This document shows positions 37,661 through 50,736 of a stretch of DNA of 64,000 nucleotides, one piece after another. This stretch comes from Thalia democratica (taxonomy: Eukaryota), in the NCBI GenBank assembly GCA_965202585.1, contig CBDBBG010000089.1, positions 1 to 64,000 on the forward strand, read 5' to 3'. Below the pieces are notes generated by a model. It ran no database searches. It saw only the letters and a program-made list of their open reading frames with translations, and was not told where the DNA came from. The translations under genes and the position numbers were made by a program. Within the stretch, counting starts at the first letter, position 1. Every line of letters begins with the position of its first letter.

Positions 37661-40456
37661 CTAGTTGTAACTAGAGCAACTAAAAGAAGCTAACGGGATA
37701 GGTAAACTTGGACCTTTTGACCAAACATCGTTTTCAATGTCATAAACCTCCACGGAATCACTCATTTGATTTCCGTTCAAAAAACCCCCGAAGACGAAAA
37801 TCTTGTTACCAAGTACACTGCATCCAAAGAACGAGCGTGCTAGGTTCATTTCAGCTACACAAGTGAACTGATTCGTCACGCTTGAGTAAACTTCAACTGA
37901 ACATGTTTCTTTATTCATATCAATACCGCCGATGACAAATATTTTTTTGTCGTGAACCACAGCCCTGTGACCGCTTCGTTTTTGAAGTAGCCTGGCGTCA
38001 GCTGCTGTCCATTTGTTCTCACCTAAATCGTACGTCTCAACCGTGTCCAGTAGATTCATGTTCGAACCACCACCGATTGCCCACACTTTATCTTGGTAAT
38101 ATGTCAACGCGAACGCCATTCTACTTGTGTTCATGCTGCAAACTTCGGTCAATTCGCCACTTTCCGCGCTGTAAACTTCACAATTCGCGGAACTTTCCAT
38201 CTTCTTATGAGCTCCTCCGGCCATAAAAATGCAACCGGCAAATGAGCACATCCCAAAAAGTTTTCTTCCGTTACGCATTGGTGGAACTGTCAACTTCTGA
38301 CCAACTGATATGACCTCATTATCGGATGATGTGCTGTCATTCCTAATACCTCCGAATAAATAAATGTTACCACCAATAGTAGTAGATTGATGATTGAACC
38401 TTGAAGAACTTAGTTTTGAGTGAAAATTATAAGTGTTTGTTTTGAAATCAAATATGTAAACAGCATTACTGTCTATGTAAGGTTCTGATCCGCTCTGTGA
38501 TTTTGTTGTTAATCCACCAGTTATTACTATACTGTTTCTATCATCAATACTTTGTATATTATGCACATCATCAATATTTTTTGTCTTTTTTTCTGTTTAT
38601 TTTAAATTATGTTTTATCATGTAGTTCAATGTTGATCTCAAATAAAGAAAAAAATATCAAATTGTTCTTAAATTATTTCATTAGTTGTTATCACTCTTTT
38701 TGAGTTAATGCTTTATAGTATTTCTATATTTGTATAAAACATATACAAAATCTAGAACAGTAATGATGTGATACTTAAACTTTTTAAATCGTCCTTAAAT
38801 ATGTCAATTAATCTTTATGATTTTTTGTCGTTACCTTAACTCGATATAAAAGTTGTTATACTTCAAGAGAAATCGAATTTTATGATTATTTACTCATAAT
38901 ATTCTTCTTTAGCAAACACGTTGAATATAAACTAAATAAAATAAACTTGAGTTTATAGTCAACTTGTTTGCTATAGAAGAATTTAAAAGTACTTCAAACG
39001 ATATAATGAGTACAAAATGAAATATTTGTTGATTTTTTATTAAGTACAATAGTTTTTAGATATGGTAATGAAATTTTTAAAAAGGATCAAAAAATAAAAC
39101 TAAACTAGTTACTGTAAACAAACCATTGAGCTGGTCATTTTCTTCTTTTGTTAACTTTTTCTTTCTTTCATCTTTAAAGTGGTCAACTTTTACAGTTTTC
39201 TTTAAGCTTTTTATACTATTCAGTTTTGCTAAGATATTTTTATTGTGTATCTGCAACACTTTATAGTTTTCTTTTAAACATTCAGTATCTTTTTGAGCGT
39301 TCTTCAGAGAAGCTTTAAATGTTGTCAGGTCAAACTGAAATTTTTTGTTTTGTTCTTTTAGAAAAATGTTCTCCTTCCCAAACTTGATTATCTTTTCATT
39401 TATTAACTTAAAAGTTTTATTTTCGCAATTGCTCATGTCATTGAGGTTTTCTTTTACTTCGTGTAAAATACTCTTTTTTGGATATTTATCGAGTAAACTT
39501 ATCTTCAGTTTGTCATCGAAACTTTGCAGTTTATTGTTCTTTCCATCAAAGTCATTTTCGTTACTGTTATTGAAGTCTGTGAAAACTGTTTTGGAAAAAT
39601 AGAAAATATATTAATAATCAAAAGTCATTTTAAGCACAAAAAACTTCCTTACTTATAAAAATATTATTGTTAATATTATAAACAAAAACATCTATTATAT
39701 ATCATTAGTAATCAATAAATAGGTGTGAGGTACTAAAAGCATGTTAAGTAAAAACTAAAAACAAGTATTTTTTATATAAATTACAAAATCTATTAAACCT
39801 TTGTTTTCAAAAGATTCTAAACATCTGGAACAGTCATCATTACAAGAATAATAAGTTTCATCGCTACAACAACTATCACTACATGAATCATTAAAGTTTT
39901 CGCAAGAAAGATTGTCATTACGATAATCTTTCTGAATTTGCTTTTCATACTTGACATTTAACATTTCGGGTACGTTTTCATTGCCATTATCAAATTTTCT
40001 TATTTCAGCTAACAAGGTATTGTTCTCTGATGTGATTAGTTCGCTTTTTATTTTCAAGTCTTTAATATCTTTTTGGAAGCATTGTAGAAACACTTTAACA
40101 CTTTTAAGGTTGTTTTGATAACTTGTATTAGTTTCTTTTAGACTTGTGTTTTCTTTGTCTAGTTTCTTAATCATATTTAGAAATATTTCTCTTTTTTCTC
40201 TTTCGTAGTCTAAAATTTCTTTGATAAATTCTTTTGTATCATTTGAACAGCAACTATAATTAAGTTCTTTATAGACATTTGGGAATATGGTCTTTACAAC
40301 GTTAATGTTTTCAGCATTACATGTTGGACACCTTTTGTTAATCTGCATTGCACTTTCTAAACAAGATTTATGGTAAACGTGACCACATTGCGTAACAGAA
40401 ACATCAGTGTTTACTGAAAACAAATTATCTAAACATATACCGCATTCAAAATCCAT
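37661..40456 (-). CDS. Three-exon RING-H2 / coiled-coil / six-Kelch protein, 680 aa (exons 40456-39799, 39576-39124, 38592-37661)
   Basis: Exon 1: AAAATG, RING-H2 CGIC-x15-CGHVYHKSC-x10-CPTC resembling TRAIP, then heptad-rich helix. Intron 1: G|gtttaa..tttcacag|AC. Exon 2: Lys/Glu/Asn-rich coiled-coil, open upstream of the track ATG. Intron 2: G|gtttgt..taaacag|AA. Exon 3: six GG-containing Kelch repeats. Exon lengths 658+453+932=2043 nt =681 codons with no internal stop; AATAAA about 15 nt after the stop. Confidence 0.75.
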
Positions 40457-40691
40457 TTTGTTTGATTTTTTAATATATTTCCTTAAAAAATATTAATTTG
40501 TTAAAAATAAAGCTTTTCATTTTATTTTAAATTTAAAATACTAGAGGTTAAAGTATTTATTTAAAAATAATGTATTTATTTTACATATCTTCTTATATTG
40601 GCTAAGCAGAATTCAAGACTACTTTAAATGCACTAATCAAAGATAAAAATAATGTTAAACTACAAATATAACATATACTATTCTATTCAAT

Positions 40692-41098
40692 CAAGGTTTC
40701 CCAATTTGTTTTTTTTAATTACTCTTTTTATAGATTTCATAAAAAACTACTATTAAAAACGCATAAGACCTTTTTTTTTATCTTCATTATCAACTCCAAA
40801 TATCTGGTGTTAGTGTGTAAGTTTCAAGTTTTGACCTTGTGGCTATCCCTTATACAGCTTTTGTCTCCCTAAATTTCATAAATTTTTTCTTTGAAATCTA
40901 GTATAAGTTTCAACGTTACCTTTTAAAATCGCCCATGACCAGTTTATTATTGCTTTTGATCATCAATTTCAGAATGCCAAGTTTAAATCTCAATTTATGA
41001 CCGCATAGACCCCCCTTTATCATCTTTGCTGCTCATGGCCCCCAAAATTTCTATAATGGCTTCGAAGGGGGCAACTTGGCCTAGTTTGGGAAACCCTG
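40692..41098. mobile_element. hAT-type MITE (407 bp)
   Basis: TIRs caaggtttcccaa / ttgggaaaccctg; 8-bp flanks tattcaat / tattaaat (7/8). Confidence 0.8.
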
Positions 41099-41940
41099 TA
41101 TTAAATTCTTAAAAGTTGGGAATAATTTTAAAAACTGAATAGTGTTGAAAACTAACTTATGGTGTAAGGTTATAGTTTAGTGTATAACACACTAAAAACC
41201 ATAACTAAATGATATTTAAAGACATTCTATTCTATGCTACCTGTAAAAGCTAGGAATGACTTTTGATGGTTATGTTTATATATTTAAGAACATACCAAAC
41301 AATAAAAAATAAAGGATGTAATACTTTAGAAAATATTGTTAATTTTGTCAAAACTTTTACACAAAAGTTAAATCTAATAGGAATATACTATTAACTATAA
41401 CAATGTTTAATTAAATTAAGAACTATCTGCTTGGAATTAAACTAAAAAATCAATTTAAACTAACAAACATTAATTAAAAAAGAACTTTACAATGAACAAT
41501 ATAATAACAAAAAAGTTCAGTTATGGAACTAATCTCGAAGCTCTTGACTGACTAGAATATCACTGCAATCACACTGTGGCTAGTTTTTATAGCTATATCT
41601 TAAAAATGTAAACTTTTTTCAGATCAACTTGCTTTCTGGTTGAATGGTTTTATAATATTTGATGTTCAACTAACATGTTACAGTTAAACAAGTATTCCAT
41701 TAGACTTCCTCTTCCTCTTATTTTCAAATAGAATCTCACTCTAAACTTACTCTTCCTTTTTGCTAGAAGAGAATCACATTTTACTCTTCTTCATTCTTTT
41801 TCCTAGGGACAATGAAGAAAAAAAGTAATTTTTATTAACAAACAATGCAAATCCCCTAGTTCCAAAATGTTACACTAAAAGTTACAGCTAAAAGAAAATA
41901 GAAAACTATATAGTATAAAAATGTTCAATCAGTTTTAAAA

Positions 41941-42284
41941 CAGGGTTACCAGATGTTTTTGGATTATTTTTTTCCAGGTTTAAAAAAAATTTTTCGTGGT
42001 TTTCAAATAATATTTTCCAGGTTTATAAAACTGCACGTTTACGGGTCTATTTTTAATTTAAAACTTAATTTAGGTAAAAAATATTTTAAAGTTTATTGAA
42101 ATGTGTTTATTATTAAAAAACATTTTTTAAGATGCACAAAATTATTATCTATAAGATACAATTTATGTGTCAAATAGAAATTTTACTATTTTAGTTGTAA
42201 AAATAGCTTAGTATTACAGGTTTGTTTAGCAAAAATTGTCATATTTTAGATTTTTCTAGGATTCTAGTTTTTTTGGAAACCCTG
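41941..42284. mobile_element. hAT-like MITE (344 bp)
   Basis: TIRs cagggttacca / tggaaaccctg; no clear TSD. Confidence 0.55.
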
Positions 42285-42649
42285 TTAAAACTAATTAAAT
42301 AAAAAACATCTAGTAGACAAATATAAAAAAAAATATCAAAAGATGGTATTTAAGCTCTCACATGAAAAAAAAATAATAGCACACAGTTTCTCAAAGAAAA
42401 AAATCAGAGTATTAATTTAAAAATTTTCAAGTTGTTAGACCAAGAAATAAAATCAACATTATTTTAAAATCAACTTTTTCAACTAGAAATATCACTTAAT
42501 TGTCATGCCTATGCAAACCCCTATGATACAAGTTCCTAAATATTTTCTAGATGTATTGGTCATTGCTTCTTATTTATTAATAAGTAATGTCTTTTTCTAT
42601 AATGCTAATAAGATTTAAGAGTCTAATATATATTTAATATGACTTCTTA

Positions 42650-43000
42650 CGATTTAAAATTGGTCACCATTTTTATGACTTATTTGTACTCATATATTGT
42701 CAATATATCTTAACTATTTGGACTTATATTTTATCAGTTCTATTTTGACTTTGTGGACTAGATTTTGTTAGTTCTATAGTGACTTTGTAGAATTAAGATA
42801 TGTAAGTTTTAATTTGACTTAGTGGTCTTAAAGTTTGTCAATTTTATAATTAAGTTTTGGACTTATATTTTCTCAGTTCTATTTTGACTTTGTGGATTTA
42901 AACTTTTTCAATTTTATGGTGACTTTTTAGACTTAGAATTTGTGAGTTCAATAGTCACTTTGTTGACTTGAAATTTATTAGCTGTATAGTAGTTTTATAA
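42650..43000. repeat. ~35-bp minisatellite, at least 8 units, with a 4-unit higher-order period
   Basis: ggacttatattttatcagttctattttgactttgt at 42720 recurs almost exactly ~140 bp later, with diverged units in between. Confidence 0.75.
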
Positions 43001-46000
43001 CTGTGACTATACCCTTTGTTGTTTACAGTATAATAAACCTATTAAAAAAATAAATTTTATTAATTTAAGACTTAAAATAACAATATTAAAATTATTGATT
43101 ACCAAAGCTTTTGTAGGTTTAAATTTTTATACAAATATTTCAACTAAACTTAGGAAAATAATCAAAATTTTACATGAATTTGAATACTTAACAATCGAGC
43201 AAGTAAGTTCATTGTTTTAAATTGAGAATAAGTAGTTGTTTAAGTCTTATAATGTAATTTGATAATTTATTTTGTTTATGCTTCATTATATAGGTTTTTT
43301 ATTTATGCTTATTTTAATAGTGAAATACAATTTACTTTTGCATTCTAAATATAATTAAGTAATTAAAACAAAATTTTATATACTTAATGGATATAATAAG
43401 GTTATTACAAATTAGTACTAAAGTTTCTTACTATTAGATTTATAAGTATATTGAATATTACTTAATAACTAATTAGTGTTTTTTCATCACTATAATTTCT
43501 TTCCTAGTAAATAACTTTTTATTACTTTCCCCATTTACAAATATAATAAAATTGTCAGAGGTAAGGATAAAAAATAATCATTAAAAGTTTTGATTGAATA
43601 CTTTTGTCTTTCAGTTTAATTGTTTGACTTAAAGTTATTTATTTTGTAAGGAAGTGGTTGCAACTAAACTATGGATATTATTTTAAAATTAAATCTCATA
43701 ATTTTTTTAATTATTATAAGTTTTGTTAAAACTCAGACTTTCTTTAATTCACAACTCTGCATAGTTTTAGTATACTTTATAAATTTATACTTAAAAAACC
43801 TAGAGTTAAAATCCTGGCTTTTGAGAATTTATAAGAAAATCTTTAAATCTTTTTGAACAAAATTTATTATAAATCCTGAAATTTTAAGATTTTTTTACAA
43901 GCTAAGTAGTAAAACTTTGATTTGACTGAAAAAATATTCCTAATGTTATCACCTAAATTTTATTATATGAAAAACACATTTAAAGTAGCTTTACATGATC
44001 ATTTTAATTTGTAAATACTATTTAACACAGTTAATATCATAAGTTTTTTTTTTAATCTAAGAAGAGAAGAGTAAATGTATACTTTCTTAGATCTGGAAGA
44101 AGTTAAAAATATCTTATATAAGTTCTTAAAATGAAAAGGGCATCATAATTATATTGCTAAAAGTATAAGAAAGTTTAGCTATTTATTTTTAGTGTTAATT
44201 ACATTAATAGCAAGGCTTCTAGTTGATTTTTACTCTGTTTATTCAAAGTAACTCATCAAATATTTGAGTTAATTTATAAGAGTTTCATAGGTTCAGGGTT
44301 GCTACTTTTTTTGGTATTCTCAGAATAACTCTTAATGTTTAGGATTTTGTTGTAAAACTCAAGCTAGTTTAGTTGTTTTTTTTTTGTTAATTCCAGGCTA
44401 GATTTTGGCTTTAAACAGGGTTGTTACACACCTTGAATACTCGGAAAAACTCAGATAATTTTGAAATGCTAAAAAATCTCAGGATGGTTAGGGTACCTTA
44501 AAAATTTTTACTCATTTATTTGTTTTAATTTTGGATGAGTCGAGATAGTTTTGAGAATTCTCAAAAATTTCAGGACATATTTTTCTAGTTTTAGAATGAA
44601 ATATAGTGGATCAGTTTCAAAAAGTTCTTGTTACATACACACAACTTTGTTCAACAAAATGATTTTTATTAAATTTGAAATGATTATTCAAAATCTCTAT
44701 ACCTTAATCTCTTAACCTCTTAATGTTTACTTTATTTAGAAATAGTATTAAAATTATGTTTTAAATTTTAAATTATAATTTATCGAGATTTAAATTTTAA
44801 TTAAACTGTTTAATTAAAGTTGAAGTACAAATAAGCATTCTAGTGCGTAATTTATGAGGTTAGATTAAAGATATTCAATAAAAAAAACATTTCCAATTAT
44901 ATTTAAAGTTGTTAACATATTTATACAAAATTATTTACAATTATTGTTTTTTAATCTCAACTGATTTACAACTTTAATTCTAATTTAGAAAAAACAGTAT
45001 TTTTTAATTTTAGTAAATACCTAATGCAGAAGAATACATAAACAGCCTTTTTTTCAATTATCTGAAGAAAAAACTACATGAGGTGTTAATAGTATGCCCT
45101 AGAAGCAAAAAAAAAATGCTTTATTGAAAGGAATGTTAAATTTAACATTTTTTTTAAACTTTTTATAGTTATAATACTATTATTTTCAACTATTTAAAAG
45201 TGTTTAAAAAATAATTCTTTTAATTTTCATCAAAAACGTATATTCTTGCGAGGGGTTAGTTTGCAAAGTTATTTTTTTACAACTAAAAAAAAACATTTAA
45301 AGCCTCAGGTTCAAAATAGAAATTAGAGAATTTTGGACAGGGATTTATTACTGCTTTTTAGGATGTTTAGTGATTACCCTAAACATAGGAAAATATTTAA
45401 AAGTGTTAAGGCCATTGGTGGTTAAGTATTTTTTTGATTAGTGACACTGCCTAGTATATGAAAGCTGAGAGCAAAAATAATATTTTTTAAGAGAGCTTAA
45501 TCTTAAAAATATTTTGAATTTTTCTTAATTTTTTTTTTGAAATACCAATAATTTTGAACAAAAATCACTAAGAAACGGAAGTTATAAATAATTTTTACTC
45601 GCAAAATATTAATATTTAGGCTAGATACAATAAATTTACTTATCAATATATTTTTTTAAGACTTTGTTTTACAAATTAAGTTTCGGTCAAAATCCTAGTC
45701 AGTGGTCAAATAAACCTAAACAGATATGTAACATTCATGGAAAATAGCATTTAGACAGTTAAATAAAAACAATTTTTTCTTAAAACTTTTACTTAAAAGC
45801 AAAACAATCTAAATTTTAATATTAAGATTTTATATTTATTTAAGCACTAACGAGGTTTTTGAACGAAAATTAGTTTTTAAATAAATGCATTAAAAATATA
45901 TTCATTATTTCTCCTCTAGTAGTTAGGATCTCTTCATTTGTTTTCTAAAAATCAAAACATAGAATATTAAATAACATAATTTTGTATTATTAAGATCTTT

Positions 46001-47653
46001 TCATAATACCCATTTGAAAAATCATAACAGTATTTTTCAATACTTATGTACCATTTTAGACCTCAATTTCTGTTTTGTTTGAAAAATGTTTTTTATTATA
46101 AAGACTTAGGCTTACTTGTAAACTTAGATTAATCTCAAGATAATTTAGATTAAAAAAAAATAAATTGGTTGTTATAAAGATTTGAATTTTTTTTTTTTTT
46201 TCTATAAATATTAAGTATAAATTTGCTGTTTTCTAGAATGTTTTAAAATTTTCTAGTTTAAATAACAATATCTTTAATAACTATTATTATTTATCCTGAG
46301 ATTGTAGTTTGTTTTAAATCAAACAATGGAAAGTTCTCAATTTAAGTAAAGATTATTAACATTTTTTTATTCTACTGTTTTATATAGACAAATTAATGTA
46401 TAAGAGTGACAAATTGATTTTTTAATGGTCAACTGTAAATTAATAAATACATAACAATAATTAATTCAGTTTTGATCCTTACTACATTTTTTTTTAGTTT
46501 TAGGATAATTTTAATCTTATTTTATTCAGATTTAAAAAAGAGGCAGCCTTCAAATATATAAAATGATATTATGAGTTTTCAATAATCTCCAAGAACAAGA
46601 TATTTGCATTAAAAAATTATTAAATTTATTTTTATGAATTTTTCCACAAAAAGTCAAGGCTTACGACTATAAATAGTATCATAAGCAGCTTACCACAAGA
46701 TTAGTTATTAATTAATAAATTAAAATAAATAAATAAAATACATAAACAGATAGTAAAGACTTTTCTCATTATACAAAATTTTTTATTAGATCTGCAATGA
46801 CTTCCTTATCTAATTAAAAGGTTAAAACTGTAATACATTAATTAAAAAAGTTTCAAGTATCTTATAATAAGAAAATAAAAGATACTAAAATCTTAAATTA
46901 ACATCAATATTCTTATTTTTAGGTAATAATTCCTTTTCTATGGTTTTTCTTTCTTGAACACCTTTAAATCAAATACTTAGTTTTTGTAGTTAAATGGTTT
47001 TTTTAGTTAATTAATGCAAAAAGTATCTAATTTCTAAACTTTTTTATTTCTGCACTTTAGCTAAATTTATAAATTGTTTATATTAAATATTATCATTTTT
47101 AATCATAACATATATTCGAAATATACTCCAATTTAAATCATTATTATTTTTTATATATATATATACTTCTCTATAGAAATCATTTTTCAACTATCCTAAC
47201 AGTTATATATTTAAGTTTTTTGAACAATAATTTTTTTAAATAGTTTTACTACAACATATCTAATTTTAACATATTACATACAAGCTCCCAATAAAATTAG
47301 TTAATTTTAAATACTATCGTTTTTTATCATAAAAGTGACCCAATAAACTTTTTTAACTCAACAAAATTATCCACAACATATCTAAAATATTGATATAAAA
47401 AAGCCTAAAATTCTTCAGTTTGTTATTATCCTAATTTTATTTTGTTTAAAATCTTTTGTAGTATTAAAAATTTTATTTTGATTTTTTCTTAATAATTATA
47501 AAGTTCTTTCAATTATTCAGAATTTAATGAATACAAGCTTAGACATTTTTTTTAAGTGTTTTACTTTATGCTAAGTTTTAACAAATTCTTAGTATTTTCA
47601 AACACAAGAAACTATTATTTTCAGCTTTGTAAGTAAACATTGAAAGTTTTTAG

Positions 47654-47751
47654 TCATGTTGAAATTAGTAGATGTATTCAATTCAAGAGAAACGCTCAAA
47701 AAAGATTTGATGAAAATATTGATACATTTTTAAAAGAAAGTTGTAAAAAAG
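47654..47751 (+). CDS. Candidate upstream coding exon of the BACK-Kelch gene
   Basis: tttttag|T CAT GTT GAA...HVEISRCIQFKRNAQKRFDENIDTFLKESCKK G|gtaaga. A strong phase-1 donor compatible with the phase-1 acceptor at 54345. No in-frame ATG was found. Confidence 0.35.
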
Positions 47752-48371
47752 GTAAGAATAAATTAAAATACTTATAGTTAAATTTTAAAAATATTTATTT
47801 GTTGTTAAATCATAGCATTGAATAATATAAAAAAAGTTTAACAAACCAAGTTTCCTAACTTAATAGTAAAAATTGGTATTATAATATTTTAAAAAGCAAT
47901 TTTGAATTACAAATGTTTACAAATTTGTATAATTTTATTTTAAATATAGTTTTCTAACAAATTCAAAACTATTTATTATTAAAAATAAATTATCCTAAAT
48001 TGAGCAGTGTTACAAATAAATTATAAGATACTGAGACCAGGGGCGTGTCTATACTCTTTTCAAAGAGGGTTCACAGTTTTTTTTTTGTATTTAAATTACC
48101 GCTAAGTACGCATTTCTTAGGTATGCACTGCCAGTTAAGTACCCAGTATTTAGCCGAAAAACTCTGTGTTTAATATGCGTTTTTCTGCTTAGAAATAAAA
48201 AAAAAAAACATATAAGTAGTAATGGAAAAGTATTATATATTTTTATTTATTATACTGTATTAAATTTAGATAAATTAAAACAAAAAGAGCCGGAAAAAAA
48301 TATATTTATAATAAAATAAACTTTTTCAAGTAATTTATTCTATAAAAATTTGAATTTCACTAAAAAAAATG

Positions 48372-48753
48372 GGTAATTACCTAGGATGATGTCGCACCAA
48401 TATCAAGCTATAACTATATTTAATTCAATGTTGTTTTTTACCATAATAATAGGCTTAGACATACATAAAAAACTTGTTTAACATATACCAATAAAATTGA
48501 AATATTTAATTGCTTTTATTTTTATAATAAAGTAAATGATACAATAACTTGTATACATTACTATACTGTAAAATAAAATCAATGAAGTATTTTAGTTTAT
48601 AACAAATGAATTTAATTCTTAATATGTATTTATATAGCTTGTTTAAAACGAAGTATAATTTTAGATAAATTATACAACTTATGGTTTAAAAAGATATTAA
48701 ACATAATAAAATTTCAGCTTGATATTGGTGCGACATCATCCTAGGTAATTACC
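48372..48753. mobile_element. MITE with perfect 38-bp TIRs and an 8-bp TSD (Merlin-like)
   Basis: ggtaattacctaggatgatgtcgcaccaatatcaagct (48372-48409) and its exact reverse complement (48716-48753); flanks aaaaaatg on both sides. GG termini plus an 8-bp TSD fit Merlin; the superfamily is inferred. Confidence 0.85.
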
Positions 48754-49479
48754 AAAAAATGTTTAGACTTTTACAAATAAATTGAAATATCTTTAAACTA
48801 TAATTAAATGTTTGCCTGATGGTGCAGGAATTCTTATAATGATTTTGAAATCTTTTTAAGTTAAAAATTTCAAAAAATCAAGAACTAACTTTGTGGCCAA
48901 CAGATATACAAAAGTAAAACAATTTAAATAAAAAATATTTAAATACTATTAAACGATAAAAGAGAAAATTGCCATGTGGTGTAGTTGTATAAAGATGATT
49001 TTGAAAATTCTCTGAATTGAATTTTACAAGATTTAAACCCAGTTGGTTGACACATAAACAAATAATATAAATGCTTAAGTATAAACACAACATTATCATT
49101 AAACAGCATAACACAAAAGCTTCACACAACATTATTATATACAATAAACTAACTAAAATAAAACTTAAGTGATTATATTGGACATTTTTTTAAGTAAAAT
49201 TGTACTTACTAGTTCAAAAACAATACTGTATGAAAAGTTATTTAAACTAAGTTACAATTTATAGTTGGAACCAGTGGCGTCGCGTGGTATTTTTTTTAAG
49301 TGGTGCAGAATTTAAAAAAAAATCCCCTACTTTAAAACTCTTTTTTATCTTAAATAAAGACTTTTTTCTACAACAATTACATTAAATTGCTAATGTAACC
49401 TGGGAAATTTTGTTGAGAAATAAAACATTTATATTTTCAAAAAAATTATGTAAGAAAAAAGGTAAATACTTTGAAAATT

Positions 49480-50720
49480 TAAGTAAATATAAGAATAAAA
49501 GAAAAATAATTATTTTAAGTAATTTACAAGACTCGAAAAATGTTAGCTTACTTATGAGTATTAATTTTAAGAAGGCTTTAAAATTTAAACTCACAGTAGA
49601 AAAAAAATTGGACAAAACAAATTTTTATTATATTGAAAAACACAGCAACTTTAATAGTTTTTCTTTTGACTCAACTTAATTTAAAAAATATTTGATTAAA
49701 TATCATATTAAGAATGGTTATTTTACTAGTATTTAACTTAACAAAAAAAAGAAATGTCTTATTAGACTTGGCAAGAACATTAAAAAGTCTACAAACAAAA
49801 AAATGTTATGTACACACTGCAAGTTTATTTTAAGTAAAATTTATTAAAACTCAGTAGAAAAAAATTGCTTATTTACTGATGAATATTGAAAAAAATAAAC
49901 GAGTATCAACTTATAACTAATGAAAATTTTTATGTTTGAAAAAAAAACAGCTTGACTACTAAGTTAAAAACACAAAAGTAAAATAAGCAAGCTCATAAAT
50001 ATCAAATTTTACGAAGTCTCTAACTTAAAATTTAGATTAAACAGATTAATATTATAATAAGAAAATACAGCAACTTCAATAATATTATTTTAGCCTCAAC
50101 TTTAGTTAAAAAGTATTGGATTAATTAAATATCAAACTATTAATAATTGTTTAACTAATATTTAATAAAAAAAAGTCTAATTATACTTGGCAAGTAAATT
50201 AAAAAGTCTACAAACAAATAAAATGTTGTGTAGAAATTGAAAATTTTTTAAAGAACAACTTACATTACTCAGTAAAGAAATTTAAAATTCATTTATGATA
50301 AAGAAAAAAAATGTTAAATAAGTAAAAAACTCAAAAAGAAAACAAGCAAACTAAATAATATTAAGTTTTACAAAGGCTCTAAAGTTAAAACTAAAAGTAG
50401 CTTACAATTTAGATATAAGAAACTTATATTATAATAAAAAACACAGCAACTATAATAATATTTCATTTTAGCTTCAACTTTACTTGAAAAATATTGGATT
50501 AAATACCAAACTAAAAATAATATTTTTACTTATTTTTAACTAAACAAAAAAAAGGAATGCATAATGAAGCTTGGCAAGTAAATTAAAAAGTTTACAAACA
50601 AAGAAAAATTTATGTACAAATTACAACTTTTTAAAGAAAAACTAAACTTGCTTAGTACAGAAAATAGTTACTACTGAATGTCTACCTAAAAAATTAAATC
50701 TAAACTTTAACTTTGCAAAC
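49480..50720. repeat. About 3 diverged tandem copies of a ~400-bp unit inside the inner hAT
   Basis: cttggcaag..ttaaaaagt(c/t)tacaaacaaa at ~49767, ~50185 and ~50570; cagcaact..aata...tcaact at ~49643, ~50068 and ~50443. Confidence 0.75.
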
Positions 50721-50736
50721 ATAAATACTTAGACTC

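Noticed and set aside
45361-45424. Globin-like exon start (tttag|G ATG TTT..RMFSDYPKHRKIF, resembling the B12.2 intron position)
   Set aside because: It stops after ~20 codons, has no E/F-helix histidines and no other globin exons nearby; likely chance.
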